A stretch of 64,000 nt of DNA from Squalus acanthias. Its lineage: Eukaryota. The notes beneath the pieces are model-generated. The model was not told the origin of the DNA and ran no database searches. It worked only from the letters and a program-made list of their open reading frames with translations. Below are positions 49,750-64,000 of this stretch, in pieces. The position numbers and the translations under genes are program-made. The stretch lies in assembly GCA_030390025.1 (NCBI GenBank), contig CM059431.1:136402001-136466000 (forward strand). The letters are read 5' to 3'. Each line of letters starts with the position of its first letter. Within the stretch, counting starts at the first letter, position 1.

Positions 49750-50290
49750 TACTGAGAGAGAGAGAGCTCATAACAGGGTCACAGCCTCTGGTCACAGTCC
49801 CTAATTAGAGAGAGAGAGGTCACAACAGGGCCACAGCCTCTGGTCACAGTCCCTACTCAGAGAGAGAGAGAGAGAGAGAGCTCAGAACAGGGCCACAGCC
49901 TCTGGGCACAGTCCCTACTCAGAGAGAGAGTGAGATCAGAACAGGGACACAGCCTCTGGTCACAGTCCCTACTCAGAGAGAGAGAGGTTAGAACTGGGCC
50001 ACAGCCTCTGGTCACAGTCCCTAATCAGAGAGAGAGAGGTTAGAACTGGGCCACAGCCTCTGGTCAGAGTCCCTAATCAGAGAGAGAGAGAGGTTAGAAC
50101 TGGGCCACAGCCTCTGGTCACAGTTCCTACTCAGAGAGAGAGAGAGGTCGGAACTGGGCCACAGCCTCTGGTCACAGTCCATAATCAGAGAGAGAGAGGT
50201 CAGAACAGGGCCACAGCCTCTGGTCACAGTCCTACTCAGAGAGAGAGAGAGAGAGGTCAGAACAGGGCAACAGCCTCTGGTCACAGTCCC

Positions 50291-50327
<37 letters not shown>

Positions 50328-51530
50328 CCGAACAGGGCCACAGCCTCTGGTCACAATCCGCACTCAGAGAGAGAGAGAGAGAGAGAGAGACCAGAGCTGG
50401 CATGAAGCATCTGGTTGCAATCCCTAATCAGAGAGAGAGTGTGAGCAGAACAGGGCCACATCATCTGTTCACAATCCCTAATCAGAGAGAGATCAGAAAA
50501 GAAACAGAGCTCTAGTCACGATTCCTACTCAGAGAAAGAGATCAGGACACGGACACAGAAGCTGGTTCCAGACTCTACACAGCGAGAGAGAAATCAAAGC
50601 AGAGACACAGGCTTAGTTCAGAGACATTACTCAGAGAGATTTCAATACAGAGATACAGCCACTTGTCACAGACCCTACTCAGAGAGGGAGATTAGAACAG
50701 GGACACACGCTGCTCCCACTTCCTATTCAGAGAGTGAGATCCGAAAAGGGACAGGCACTCTGGTCTCAGTTCCCTCTCAGTGAGATAAGAAAAGGAACAC
50801 AGCCTCTGATCACAGTCACTACTCAGAGAGAGAGAGGTCAGAACAGTGACAAAGATTCTGCTCAGAGTCCCTACTCAAAGAGAGAGAGAGAGAGTTCAGA
50901 ACAGGGACACAGCCTCTGTTCACAGTCACTACTCAGAGAGAGAGAGGTACGAACAGGGACGCAGGCTCTGGTCACAGTTCCTACTCAGAGAGAGAGAGAG
51001 AGAGAGAGCAGAACAGGGACACAGCCTCTGATCACAGTTCCTACTAAGAGAGAGAGAGAGAGTTCAGAACAGGGACACAACCTCTGATCACAATATCTAC
51101 TCAGAGAGAGATCGGAAGAGGGACACAGCCTCTAGTGACATGTCCTATTCAGAGAGAGAAAGTTCAGAACTGGGACACAGCCTCTGATCACAGTTCCTAC
51201 TCAGAGAGTGAGACGTCAGAACAGGGCCACAGCCTCTGATCACAATACATACTCAGAGAGAGATCGGAAGAGGGACACAGCCGATGATCACAATATCTGC
51301 TCAGAGTGAGAAGTCAGAACAGTGACACAGACTCTGATCATAGACCATACTCAGAGCGAGAGATCAAAACAGGGATGCAGCCTATTGTCACACACCGTTC
51401 TCAGAGAGAGAGATATATAAGAACAGGAGCAGAGCTTCTGGTCAAGGTTCCTAATCGGGGATTGAGAGAACAGAAGAGTGATACAGATTCTTATCAGGAT
51501 CCCCACCCAGAGCGATGGGAACAGGGACAC

Positions 51531-54500
51531 AGGCTCTGGTGACATTACCCACTCAGTGACATCAGAGCAGGGACACAGACTCTGGTGACAGTACCCACTC
51601 AGTGACATCAGAGCAGCGACACAGGCTCTGGTGACAGTACCCACTCAGTGACATCAGAGCAGGGACACAGACTGTGGTGACAGTACCCACTCAGTGACAT
51701 CAGAGCAGGGACACAGACTCTGGTGACAGTACCGACTCAGTGAAATCAGAGCAGGGACACAGACTCAGATCCAAGTTGCTACTCAGAAAGGAAGATCAGA
51801 ACAGGGACACAGACTCTGGTGACAGTACGCACTCAGTGAAATCAGAGCAGGGACACAGACACTGGTGACATTACCCACTCAGTGAAATCAGATCAGGGAC
51901 ACAGACTCTGGTGACAGTACCCACTCAGTGAAATCAGAGCAGGGACATAGACTCTGGTGGCAGTACCCACTCAGAGACATCAGAGCAGGGACATAGAGAC
52001 TGGTGGCAGTACACACTCAGAGACATCAGAGCAGGGACACAGTCTCTGGTGACAGTACCCACTCAGTGACATCAGAGCAGGGACACAGAGTCTGGTGACA
52101 GTACACACTCAGTGACTTCAGAGCAGGGACGCAAACTGTGGTGACAGTACCCACTCAGTGACATCAGAGCAGGGACACCTAATCTACTGACAGTACCCAC
52201 TCAGTGAAATCAAAGCAGGGACACAGACTCAGATCCAAGTTGCTACTCAGACAGGAAGATCAGAGCAGGGACCCAGACTCTGGTGACAGTACGCACTCAG
52301 TGAAATCAGAGCAGGGACACAGACTCTGGTGACAGTACCCACTCAGTGACAGCAGAGCAGGGAAACCTAATCTCCTGACAGTACCCACTCAGTGAAATCA
52401 GAGCAGGGACACAGACTCTGGTGACAGTACCCACTCAGTGACCTCAGAGCAGGGACACAGACTCTGGTGACAGTACCCACTCAGTGACATCAGAGCAGGG
52501 ACACAGGCTCTGCTGACAGTACCCACTCAGTGACATCAGAGCAGGGACAAAGACTCTGGGGACATTACGCACTCAGTGACATCAGAGCAGGGACACAAAC
52601 TCTGGGGACATTAACCACTGAGTGACATCAGAGCAGGGACACAGAATCTGGGGACATTACCCACTCAGTCACATCAGAGCAGGAACACAGACTCTGGTGA
52701 CAGTACCCACTCAGTGACATCAGAGCAGGAACACAGACTCTGGTGACAGTACCCACTCAGTGACATCAGAGCAGGGAAATAGACTCTGGTGACAGTACCC
52801 ACTCAGTAACATCAGAGCAGGGACACAGACTCTGTTGACAGTACCCACTCAGTGACATCAGAGCATGGACACAGACTCTGGTGACAGTACCCACTAAGTA
52901 ACATCAGAGCAGGAACACTGACTCTGGTGACAGAACCCACTCAGTTGCATCAGAGCAGGGACACAGACTCTGGTGACAGTACCCACTCAGTGAAATCAGA
53001 GCAGGGACACAGTCTCTGGTGACAGTACCCACTCAGTGACTTCAGACAGGGACACAGACTGTGGTGACAGTACCCACTCAGTGAAATCAGAGCAGGGACA
53101 TAGACTCTGGTGGCAGTACCCACTCAGAGACATCAGAGCAGGGACATAGAGACTGGTGGCAGTACCCACTCAGAGACATCAGAGCAGGGACACAGACTCT
53201 GGTGACAGTACCCACTCAGTGACATCAGAGCAGGGACACAGACTCTGGTGACAGTACCCACTCAGTGAAATCAGAGTAGGGACACAGAGTCTGGTGACAG
53301 TACCCACTCAGTGACTTCAGAGCAGGGACGCAAACTGTGGTGACAGTACCCACTCAGTGACATCAGAGCAGGGACACCTAATCTACTGACAGTTCCCACT
53401 CAGTGAAATCGGAACCGGGACACAGCCTCTGATCACAGTTCCTACTCAGAGAGAGAGAGAGTTCAGAACAGGGACACAACCTCTGATCATAATATCTACG
53501 CAGAGAGAGATCGGAAGAGGGACACAGCCTCTAGTGACATGTCCTACTCAGAGAGAGAAAGTTCAGAACTGGGACACAGCCTCTGATCACAGTTCCTACT
53601 CAGAGAGTGAGACGTCAGAACAGGGCCGCAGCCTCTGATCTCAATACATACTCAGAGAGAGATCGGAAGAGGGACACAGCCGATGATCACAATATCTGCT
53701 CAGAGTGAGAAGTCAGAACAGTGACACAGCCTCTGATCATAGTCCATACTCAGAGCGAGAGATCAAAACAGGGATGAAGCCTATTGTCACACACCGTTCT
53801 CAGAGAGAGAGATATATAAGAACAGGAGCAGAGCTTCTGGTCAAGGTTCCTAATAGGGGAGTGAGAGAACAGAAGAGTGATACAGCTTCTTATCAGGATC
53901 CCCACCCAGAGCGATGGGAACAGGGACACAGGCTCTGGTGACATTACCCACTCAGTGACATCAGAGCAGGGACACAGACTCTGGTGACAGTACCCACTCA
54001 GTGACATCAGAGCAGCGACACAGGCTCTGGTGACAGTACCCACTCAGTGACATCAGAGCGGGGACACAGACTGTGGTGACAGTACCCACTCAGTGACATC
54101 AGAGCAGGGACACAGACTCTGGTGACAGTACCGACTCAGTGAAATCAGAGCAGGGACACAGACTCAGATCCAAGTTGCTACTCAGACAGGAAGATCAGAA
54201 CAGGGACACAGACTCTGGTGACAGTACGCACTCAGTGAAATCAGAGCAGGGACACAGACTCTGTTGACAGTACCCACTCAGTTGCATCAGAGCAGGGACA
54301 CAGACTCTGGTGACAGTACCCACTCAGTGAAATCAGAGCAGGGACACAGTCTCTGGTGACAGTACCCACTCAGTGACATCAGAGCAGGAACACAGACTCT
54401 GGTGACAGTACCCACTCAGTGACATCAGAGCAGGATTACAGACTCTGGTGACAGTACCCACTCAGTGACATCAGAGCAGGGACACAGACTCTGATGACTG

Positions 54501-57500
54501 TACCCACTCAGTAACATCAGAGCAGGGACACAGACTCTGTTGACAGTACCCACTCAGTGACATCAGAGCATGGACACAGACTCTGGTGACAGTACCCACT
54601 CAGTAACATCAGAGCAGGAACACTGACTCTGGTGACAGTACCCACTCAGTGACATCAGAGCAGGGACACAGACACTGGTGACAGTACCCACTCAGTGAAA
54701 TCAGAGCAGGGACACAGTCTCTGGTGACAGTACCCACTCAGTGACTTCAGAGCAGAGACACAGACTGTGGTGACAGTACCCACTCAGTGAAATCAGAGCA
54801 GGGACATAGACTCTGGTGGCAGTACCCACTCAGAGACATCAGAGCAGGGACACCTAATCTACTGACAGTACCCTCTCAGTGAAATCAGAGCAGGGACACA
54901 GACTCTGGTCACAGTACCCACTCAGTGACATCAGAGCAGGGACACAGACTCTGGTGACATTACCCAGTGAGTGACATCAGAGCAGGAACACAGACTCTGG
55001 TGACATTACCCACTCAGTGACATCAGAGCAGGAACACAGACTCTGGTGACATTACCCACTAAATGACATCAGAGCAGGGACACAAACTCTGATGACAGTA
55101 CCCACTCAGTGAGATCAGAGCAGGGACACAGACTCTGGTGACAGTACCCACTCCGTGACATCAGAGCAGTGACACAGACTCTGGTGACAGTACCCACTCA
55201 GTGACATCAGAGCAGGGACATAGACTCTGGTGGCAGTTCCCACTCAGTGACATCAGAGCAGGGACACCTAATCTACTGACAGTACCCACTCAGTGAAATC
55301 AGAGCAGGGACACAGACTCAGATCCAAGTTGCTACTCAGACAGGAAGATTAGAGCAGGGAACCAGACTCTGGTGACAGTACGCACTCAGTGAAATCAGAG
55401 CAGGGACACAGACTCTGGTGACAGTACCCACTCAGTGACAGCAGAGCAGGGACACAGACTCTGGTGACAGTACCCACTCAGTGACATCAGAGCAGGGACA
55501 CAGGCTCTGCTGACAGTACCCACTCAGTGACATCAGAGCAGGGACAAAGACTCTGGGGACATTACGCACTCAGTGACATCAGAGCAGGGACACAAACTCT
55601 GGGGACATTAACCACTGAGTGACATCAGAGGAGGGACACAGAATCTGGGGACATTACCCACTCAGTGACATCAGAGCAGGGACACAAGCTCTGGTGACAT
55701 TACCCACTGAATGACATCAGAGCAGGGACACAGACTCTGGGGACATTACCCACTCAGTGACATCAGAGCAGGAACTCAGACTCTGGTGACAGTACCCACT
55801 CAGTGACATCAGAGCAGGATTACAGACTCTGGTGACAGTACCCACTCAGTGACATCAGAGCAGGGACACAGACTCTGATGACTGTACCCACTCAGTAACA
55901 TCAGAGCAGGGACACAGACTCTGTTGACAGTACCCACTCAGTGACATCAGAGCATGGACACAGACTCTGGTGACAGTACCCACTCAGTAACATCAGAGCA
56001 GGAACACTGACTCTGGTGACAGTACCCACTCAGTGACATCAGAGCAGGGACACAGACACTGGTGACAGTACCCACTCAGTGAAATCAGAGCAGGGACACA
56101 GTCTCTGGTGACAGTACCCACTCAGTGACTTCAGAGCAGAGACACAGACTGTGGTGACAGGACCCACTCAGTGAAATCAGAGCAGGGACATAGACTCTGG
56201 TGGCAGTACCCACTCAGAGACATCAGAGCAGGGACATAGAGACTGGTGGCAGTACCCACTCAGAGACATCAGAGCAGGGGCACAGACTCTGGTGACAGTA
56301 CCCACTCAGTGACATCAGAGCAGGGACACAGACTCTGGTGACAGGACCCACTCAGTGAAATCAGATTAGGGACACAGAGTCTGGTGACAGTACCCACTCA
56401 GTGACTTCAGAGCAGAGACACAGACTGTGGTGACAGGACCCACTCAGTGAAATCAGAGCAGGGACACAGGCTCTGGTGACATTACCCACTCAGTGACATC
56501 AGAGCAGGGACACAGACTCTGGTGACAGTACCCACTCAGTGACATCAGAGCAGCGACACAGGCTCTGGTGACAGTACCCACTCAGTGACATCAGAGCGGG
56601 GACACAGACTGTGGTGACAGTACCCACTCAGTGACATCAGAGCAGGGACACAGACTCTGGTGACAGTACCGACTCAGTGAAATCAGAGCAGGGACACAGA
56701 CTCAGATCCAAGTTGCTACTCAGACAGGAAGATCAGAACAGGGACACAGACTCTGGTGACAGTACGCACTCAGTGAAATCAGAGCAGGGACACAGACTCT
56801 GTTGACAGTACCCACTCAGTTGCATCAGAGCAGGGACACAGACTCTGGTGACAGTACCCATTCAGTGAAATCAGAGCAGGGACACAGTCTCTGGTGACAG
56901 TACCCACTCAGTGACATCAGAGCAGGAACACAGACTCTGGTGACAGTACCCACTCAGTGACATCAGAGCAGGGACACAGACTCTGATGACTGTACCCACT
57001 CAGTAACATCAGAGCAGGGACACAGACTCTGTTGACAGTACCCACTCAGTGACATCAGAGCATGGACACAGACTCTGGTGACAGTACCCACTCAGTAACA
57101 TCAGAGCAGGAACACTGACTCTGGTGACAGTACCCACTCAGTGACATCAGAGCAGGGACACAGACACTGGTGACAGTACCCACTCAGTGAAATCAGAGCA
57201 GGGACACAGTCTCTGGTGACAGTACCCACTCAGTGACTTCAGAGCAGAGACACAGACTGTGGTGACAGTACCCACTCAGTGAAATCAGAGCAGGGACATA
57301 GACTCTGGTGGCAGTACCCACTCAGAGACATCAGAGCAGGGACACCTAATCTACTGACAGTACCCTCTCAGTGAAATCAGAGCAGGGACACAGACTCTGG
57401 TCACAGTACCCACTCAGTGACATCAGAGCAGGGACACAGACTCTGGTGACATTACCCAGTGAGTGACATCAGAGCAGGAACACAGACTCTGGTGACATTA

Positions 57501-60500
57501 CCCACTCAGTGACATCAGAGCAGGAACACAGACTCTGGTGACATTACCCACTAAATGACATCAGAGCAGGGACACAAACTCTGATGACAGTACCCACTCA
57601 GTGAGATCAGAGCAGGGACACAGACTCTGGTGACAGTACCCACTCCGTGACATCAGAGCAGTGACACAGACTCTGGTGACAGTACCCACTCAGTGACATC
57701 AGAGCAGGGACATAGACTCTGGTGGCAGTTCCCACTCAGTGACATCAGAGCAGGGACACCTAATCTACTGACAGTACCCACTCAGTGAAATCAGAGCAGG
57801 GACACAGACTCAGATCCAAGTTGCTACTCAGACAGGAAGATTAGAGCAGGGAACCAGACTCTGGTGACAGTACGCACTCAGTGAAATCAGAGCAGGGACA
57901 CAGACTCTGGTGACAGTACCCACTCAGTGACAGCAGAGCAGGGAAACCTAATCTACTGACAGTACCCACTCAGTGAAATCAGAGCAGGGACACAGACTCT
58001 GGTGACAGTACCCACTCAGTGACCTCAGAGCAGGGACACAGACTCTGGTGACAGTACCCACTCAGTGACATCAGAGCAGGGACACAGGCTCTGCTGACAG
58101 TACCCACTCAGTGACATCAGAGCAGGGACAAAGACTCTGGGGACATTACGCACTCAGTGACATCAGAGCAGGGACACAAACTCTGGGGACATTAACCACT
58201 GAGTGACATCAGAGCAGGGACACAGAATCTGGGGACATTACCCACTCAGTGACATCAGAGCAGGGACACAAGCTCTGGTGACATTACCCACTGAATGACA
58301 TCAGAGCAGGGACACAGACTCTGGGGACATTACCCACTCAGTGACATCAGAGCAGGAACTCAGACTCTGGTGACAGTACCCACTCAGTGACATCAGAGCA
58401 GGATTACAGACTCTGGTGACAGTACCCACTCAGTGACATCAGAGCAGGGACACAGACTCTGATGACTGTACCCACTCAGTAACATCAGAGCAGGGACACA
58501 GACTCTGTTGACAGTACCCACTCAGTGACATCAGAGCATGGACACAGACTCTGGGGACAGTACCCACTCAGTAACATCAGAGCAGGAACACTGACTCTGG
58601 TGACAGTACCCACTCAGTGACATCAGAGCAGGGACACAGACACTGGTGACAGTACCCACTCAGTGAAATCAGAGCAGGGACACAGTCTCTGGTGACAGTA
58701 CCCACTCAGTGACTTCAGAGCAGAGACACAGACTGTGGTGACAGGACCCACTCAGTGAAATCAGAGCAGGGACATAGACTCTGGTGGCAGTACCCACTCA
58801 GAGACATCAGAGCAGGGACATAGAGACTGGTGGCAGTACCCACTCAGAGACATCAGAGCAGGGGCACAGACTCTGGTGACAGTACCCACTCAGTGACATC
58901 AGAGCAGGGACACAGACTCTGGTGACAGGACCCACTCAGTGAAATCAGATTAGGGACACAGAGTCTGGTGACAGTACCCATTCAGTGACTTCAGAGCAGG
59001 GACGCAAACTGTGGTGACAGTACCCACTCAGTGACATCAGAGCAGGGACACCTAATCTACTGACAGTACCCACTCAGTGAAATCAGAGCAGGGACACAGA
59101 CTCTGGTCACAGTACCCACTCAGTGACATCAGAGCAGGGACACAGACTCTGGAGACATTACCCAGTGAGTGACATCAGAGCAGGAACACAGACTCTGGTG
59201 ACATTACCCACTCAGTGAGATCAGAGCAGGGACACAGACTCTGGTGACAGTACCCACTCCGTGACATCAGAGCAGTGACACAGACTCTGGTGACAGTACC
59301 CACTCAGTGACATCAGAGCAGGGACATAGACTCTGGTGGCAGTTCCCACTCAGTGACATCAGAGCAGGGACACCTAATCTACTGACAGTACCCACTCAGT
59401 GAAATCAGAGCAGGGACACAGACTCAGATCCAAGTTACTACTCAGACAGGAAGATCAGAGCAGGGACCCAGACTCTGGTGACAGTACGCACTCAGTGAAA
59501 TCAGAGCAGGGACACAGACTCTGGTGACAGTACCCACTCAGTGACAGCAGAGCAGGGAAACCTAATCTACTGACAGTACCCACTCAGTGAAATCAGAGCA
59601 GGGACACAGACTCTGGTGACAGTACCCACTCAGTGACCTCAGAGCAGGGACACAGACTCTGGTGACAGTACCCACTCAGTGACATCAGAGCAGGGACACA
59701 GGCTCTGCTGACAGTACCCACTCAGTGACATCAGAGCAGGGACAAAGACTCTGGGGACATTACGCACTCAGTGACATCAGAGCAGGGACACAAACTCTGG
59801 GGACATTAACCACTGAGTGACATCAGAGCAGGGACACAGAATCTGGGGACATTACCCACTCATTCACATCAGAGCAGGAACACAGACTCTGGTGACAGTA
59901 CCCACTCAGTGACATCAGAGCAGGAACACAGACTCTGGTGACAGTACCCACTCAGTGACATCAGAGCAGGGAAATAGACTCTGGTGACAGTACCCACTCA
60001 GTAACATCAGAGCAGGGACACAGACTCTGTTGACAGTACCCACTCAGTGACATCAGAGCATGGACACAGACTCTGGTGACAGTACCCACTAAGTAACATC
60101 AGAGCAGGAACACTGACTCTGGTGACAGTACCCACTCAGTTGCATCAGAGCAGGGACACAGACTCTGGTGACAGTACCCACTCAGTGAAATCAGAGCAGG
60201 GACACAGTCTCTGGTGACAGTACCCACTCAGTGACTTCAGACAGGGACACAGACTGTGGTGACAGTACCCACTCAGTGAAATCAGAGCAGGGACATAGAC
60301 TCTGGTGGCAGTACCCACTCAGAGACATCAGAGCAGGGACATAGAGACTGGTGGCAGTACCCACTCAGAGACATCAGAGCAGGGACACAGACTCTGGTGA
60401 CAGTACCCACTCAGTGACATCAGAGCAGGGACACAGACTCTTGTGACAGTACCCACTCAGTGAAATCAGAGTAGGGACACAGAGTCTGGTGACAGTACCC

Positions 60501-63500
60501 ACTCAGTGACTTCAGAGCAGGGACGCAAACTGTGGTGACAGTACCCACTCAGTGACATCAGAGCAGGGACACCTAATCTACTGACAGTTCCCACTCAGTG
60601 AAATCGGAACCGGGACACAGCCTCTGATCACAGTTCCTACTCAGAGAGAGAGAGAGTTCAGAACAGGGACACAACCTCTGATCATAATATCTACGCAGAG
60701 AGAGATCGGAAGAGGGACACAGCCTCTAGTGACATGTCCTACTCAGAGAGAGAAAGTTCAGAACTGGGAAACAGCCTCTGTTCACAGTTCCTACTCAGAG
60801 AGTGAGACGTCAGAACAGGGCCGCAGCCTCTGATCTCAATACATACTCAGAGAGAGATCGGAAGAGGGACACAGCCGATGATCACAATATCTGCTCAGAG
60901 TGAGAAGTCAGAACAGTGACACAGCCTCTGATCATAGTCCATACTCAGAGCGAGAGATCAAAACAGGGATGAAGCCTATTGTCACACACCGTTCTCAGAG
61001 AGAGAGATATATAAGAACAGGAGCAGAGCTTCTGGTCAAGGTTCCTAATAGGGGAGTGAGAGAACAGAAGAGTGATACAGCTTCTTATCAGGATCCCCAC
61101 CCAGAGCGATGGGAACAGGGACACAGGCTCTGGTGACAGTACCCACTCAGTGATATCAGAGCAGGGACACAGTCACTGGTGACAGTACCCACTCAGTGAC
61201 TTCAGAGCAGGGACACAGACTGTGGTGACAGTACACACTCAGTGAAATCAGAGCAGGGACATAGACTCTGGTGGCAGTTCCCACTCAGAGACATCAGAGC
61301 AGGGACATAGAGACTGGTGGCAGTACCCACTCAGAGACATCAGAGCAGGGACACAGACTCTGGTGTCAGTACCCACTCAGTGACATCAGAGCAGGGACAC
61401 AGGCTCTGCTGACAGTACCCACTCAGTGATATCAGAGCAGGGACACAGTCTCTGGTGACAGTACCCACTCAGTGACTTCAGAGCAGGGACACAGACTGTG
61501 GTGACAGTACCCACTCAGTGAAATCAGAGCAGGGACATAGACTCTGGTGGCAGTTCCCACTTGGAGACATCAGAGCAGGGACATAGAGACTGGTGGCAGT
61601 ACCCACTCAGAGACATCAGAGCAGGGACACAGACTCTGGTGACAGTACCCACTCAGTGACAGCAGAGCAGGGACACAGGCTCTGCTGACAGTACCCACTC
61701 AGTGACATCAGAGCAGGGACAAAGACTCTGGGGACATTACGCACTCAGTGACATCAGCGCAGGGACACAAGCTCTGGTGACATTACCCACTGAATGACAT
61801 CAGAGCAGGGACACAGACTCTGGGGACATTACCCACTCAGTGACATCAGAGCAGGAACACAGACTCTGGTGACAGTACCCACTCAGTGACATCAGAGCGG
61901 GATTACAGACTCTGGTGACAGTACCCACTCAGTGACATCAGAGCAGGGACACAAACTCTGATGACTGTACCCACTCAGTAACATCAGAGCATGGACACAG
62001 ACTCTGGTGACAGTACCCACTCAGTAACATCAGAGCAGGAACACTGACTCTGGTGACAGTACCCACTCAGTGACATCAGAGCAGGGACACAGACTCTGTT
62101 GACAGTACCCACTCAGTGACATCAGAGCATGGACACAGACTCTGGTGACAGTACCCACTCAGTAACATCAGAGCAGGAACACTGACTCTGGTGACAGTAC
62201 CCACTCAGTGACATCAGAGCAGGGACACAGACACTGGTGACAGTACCCACTCAGTGAAATCAGAGCAGGGACACAGTCTCTGGTGACAGTACCCACTCAG
62301 TGACTTCAGAGCAGAGACACAGACTGTGGTGACAGTACCCACTCAGTGAAATCAGAGCAGGGACATAGACTCTGGTGGCAGTACCCACTCAGAGACATCA
62401 GAGCAGCGACATAGAGACTGGTGGCAGTTCCCACTCAGAGACATCAGAGCAGGGGCACAGACTCTGGTGACAGTACCCACTCAGTGACATCAGAGCAGGG
62501 ACACAGACTCTGGTGACAGGACCCACTCAGTGAAATCAGAGCAGGAACACAGACTCTGGTGACATTACCCACTAAATGACATCAGAGCAGGGACACAAAC
62601 TCTGATGACAGTACCCACTCAGTGAGATCAGAGCAGGGACACAGACTCTGGTGACAGTACCCACTCCGTGACATCAGAGCAGTGACACAGACTCTGGTGA
62701 CAGTACCCACTCAGTGACATCAGAGCAGGGACATAGACTCTGGAGGCAGTTCCCACTCAGTGACATCAGAGCAGGGACACCTAATCTACTGACAGTACCC
62801 ACTCAGTGAAATCAGAGCAGGGACACAGACTCAGATCCAAGTTACTACTCAGACAGGAAGATCAGAGCAGGGACCCAGACTCTGGTGACAGTACGCACTC
62901 AGTGAAATCAGAGCAGGGACACAGACTCTGGTGACAGTACCCACTCAGTGACAGCAGAGCAGGGAAACCTAATCTACTGACAGTACCCACTCAGTGAAAT
63001 CAGAGCAGGGACACAGACTCTGGTGACAGTACCCACTCAGTGACCTCAGAGCAGGGACACAGACTCTGGTGACAGTACCCAATCAGTGACATCAGAGCAG
63101 GGACACAGGCTCTGCTGACAGTACCCACTCAGTAACATCAGAGCAGGAACACTGACTCTGGTGACAGTACCCACTCAGTGACATCAGAGCAGGGACACAG
63201 ACTCTGTTGACAGTACCCACTCAGTGACATCAGAGCATGGACACAGACTCTGGTGACAGTACCCACTCAGTAACATCAGAGCAGGAACACTGACTCTGGT
63301 GACAGTACCCACTCAGTGACATCAGAGCAGGGACACAGACACTGGTGACAGTACCCACTCAGTGAAATCAGAGCAGGGACACAGTCTCTGGTGACAGTAC
63401 CCACTCAGTGACTTCAGAGCAGAGACACAGACTGTGGTGACAGTACCCACTCAGTGAAATCAGAGCAGGGACATAGACTCTGGTGGCAGTACCCACTCAG

Positions 63501-64000
63501 AGACATCAGAGCAGCGACATAGAGACTGGTGGCAGTTCCCACTCAGAGACATCAGAGCAGGGGCACAGACTCTGGTGACAGTACCCACTCAGTGACATCA
63601 GAGCAGGGACACAGACTCTGGTGACAGGACCCACTCAGTGAAATCAGAGCAGGAACACAGACTCTGGTGACATTACCCACTAAATGACATCAGAGCAGGG
63701 ACACAAACTCTGATGACAGTACCCACTCAGTGAGATCAGAGCAGGGACACAGACTCTGGTGACAGTACCCACTCCGTGACATCAGAGCAGTGACACAGAC
63801 TCTGGTGACAGTACCCACTCAGTGACATCAGAGCAGGGACATAGACTCTGGAGGCAGTTCCCACTCAGTGACATCAGAGCAGGGACACCTAATCTACTGA
63901 CAGTACCCACTCAGTGAAATCAGAGCAGGGACACAGACTCAGATCCAAGTTACTACTCAGACAGGAAGATCAGAGCAGGGACCCAGACTCTGGTGACAGT
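51531..64000. repeat. Homogeneous 46-bp satellite (atcagagcagggacacagactctggtgacagtacccactcagtgac) with higher-order duplications
   Basis: Unit starts at 51561 and 51607 give a 46-bp period. The array runs off the end of the window. Confidence 0.98.

Larger units (their letters stand above)
34915..51530. repeat. Degenerate satellite: core tcagaacagggacacagcctctggtcacagtccctactc plus a variable (AG)n spacer
   Basis: A couple of hundred copies by rough estimate, of variable length, interrupted by TEs. Confidence 0.97.

Noticed and set aside
39127..51087. RE/SR-rich ORFs such as 39153..40058 and 47634..48485
   Set aside because: Translations of the (GA)n satellite with no domain or splice support.
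34915..51530. 'cacagt' in each monomer as a RAG recombination signal heptamer
   Set aside because: Reads CACAGTC, lacks a nonamer at 12 or 23 spacing, and there are no V/D/J segments.
51531..64000. CRISPR-like array
   Set aside because: Head-to-tail monomers without unique spacers, no cas genes, and a eukaryotic context.

Overview
Vertebrate genomic DNA, most consistent with a cartilaginous fish (shark) judging by its retroelement content; the taxon is inferred. It contains one host gene: eight GT-AG coding exons on the + strand (11435-33277) that splice in frame into a paxillin-family protein with LD motifs and four LIM domains, best matching leupaxin (LPXN). The tiny first coding exon was not found and probably lies upstream of the window. 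Flanks and introns are full of decayed and nested CR1-group and L2 LINEs, two tRNA-derived SINE families each sharing a 3' tail with a LINE present here, palindromic MITE-like elements, a Myb/SANT (PIF/Harbinger-like) remnant and mini/microsatellites. From about 34.9 kb to the end is a tandem satellite. It starts as a degenerate, (GA)n-containing array interrupted by CR1, L2 and three Penelope-like (GIY-YIG) insertions carrying hammerhead-ribozyme-like motifs. It ends as a homogeneous, TE-free 46-bp array with kb-scale higher-order duplications. Repeat boundaries are approximate and family names come from recognition, not database searches.
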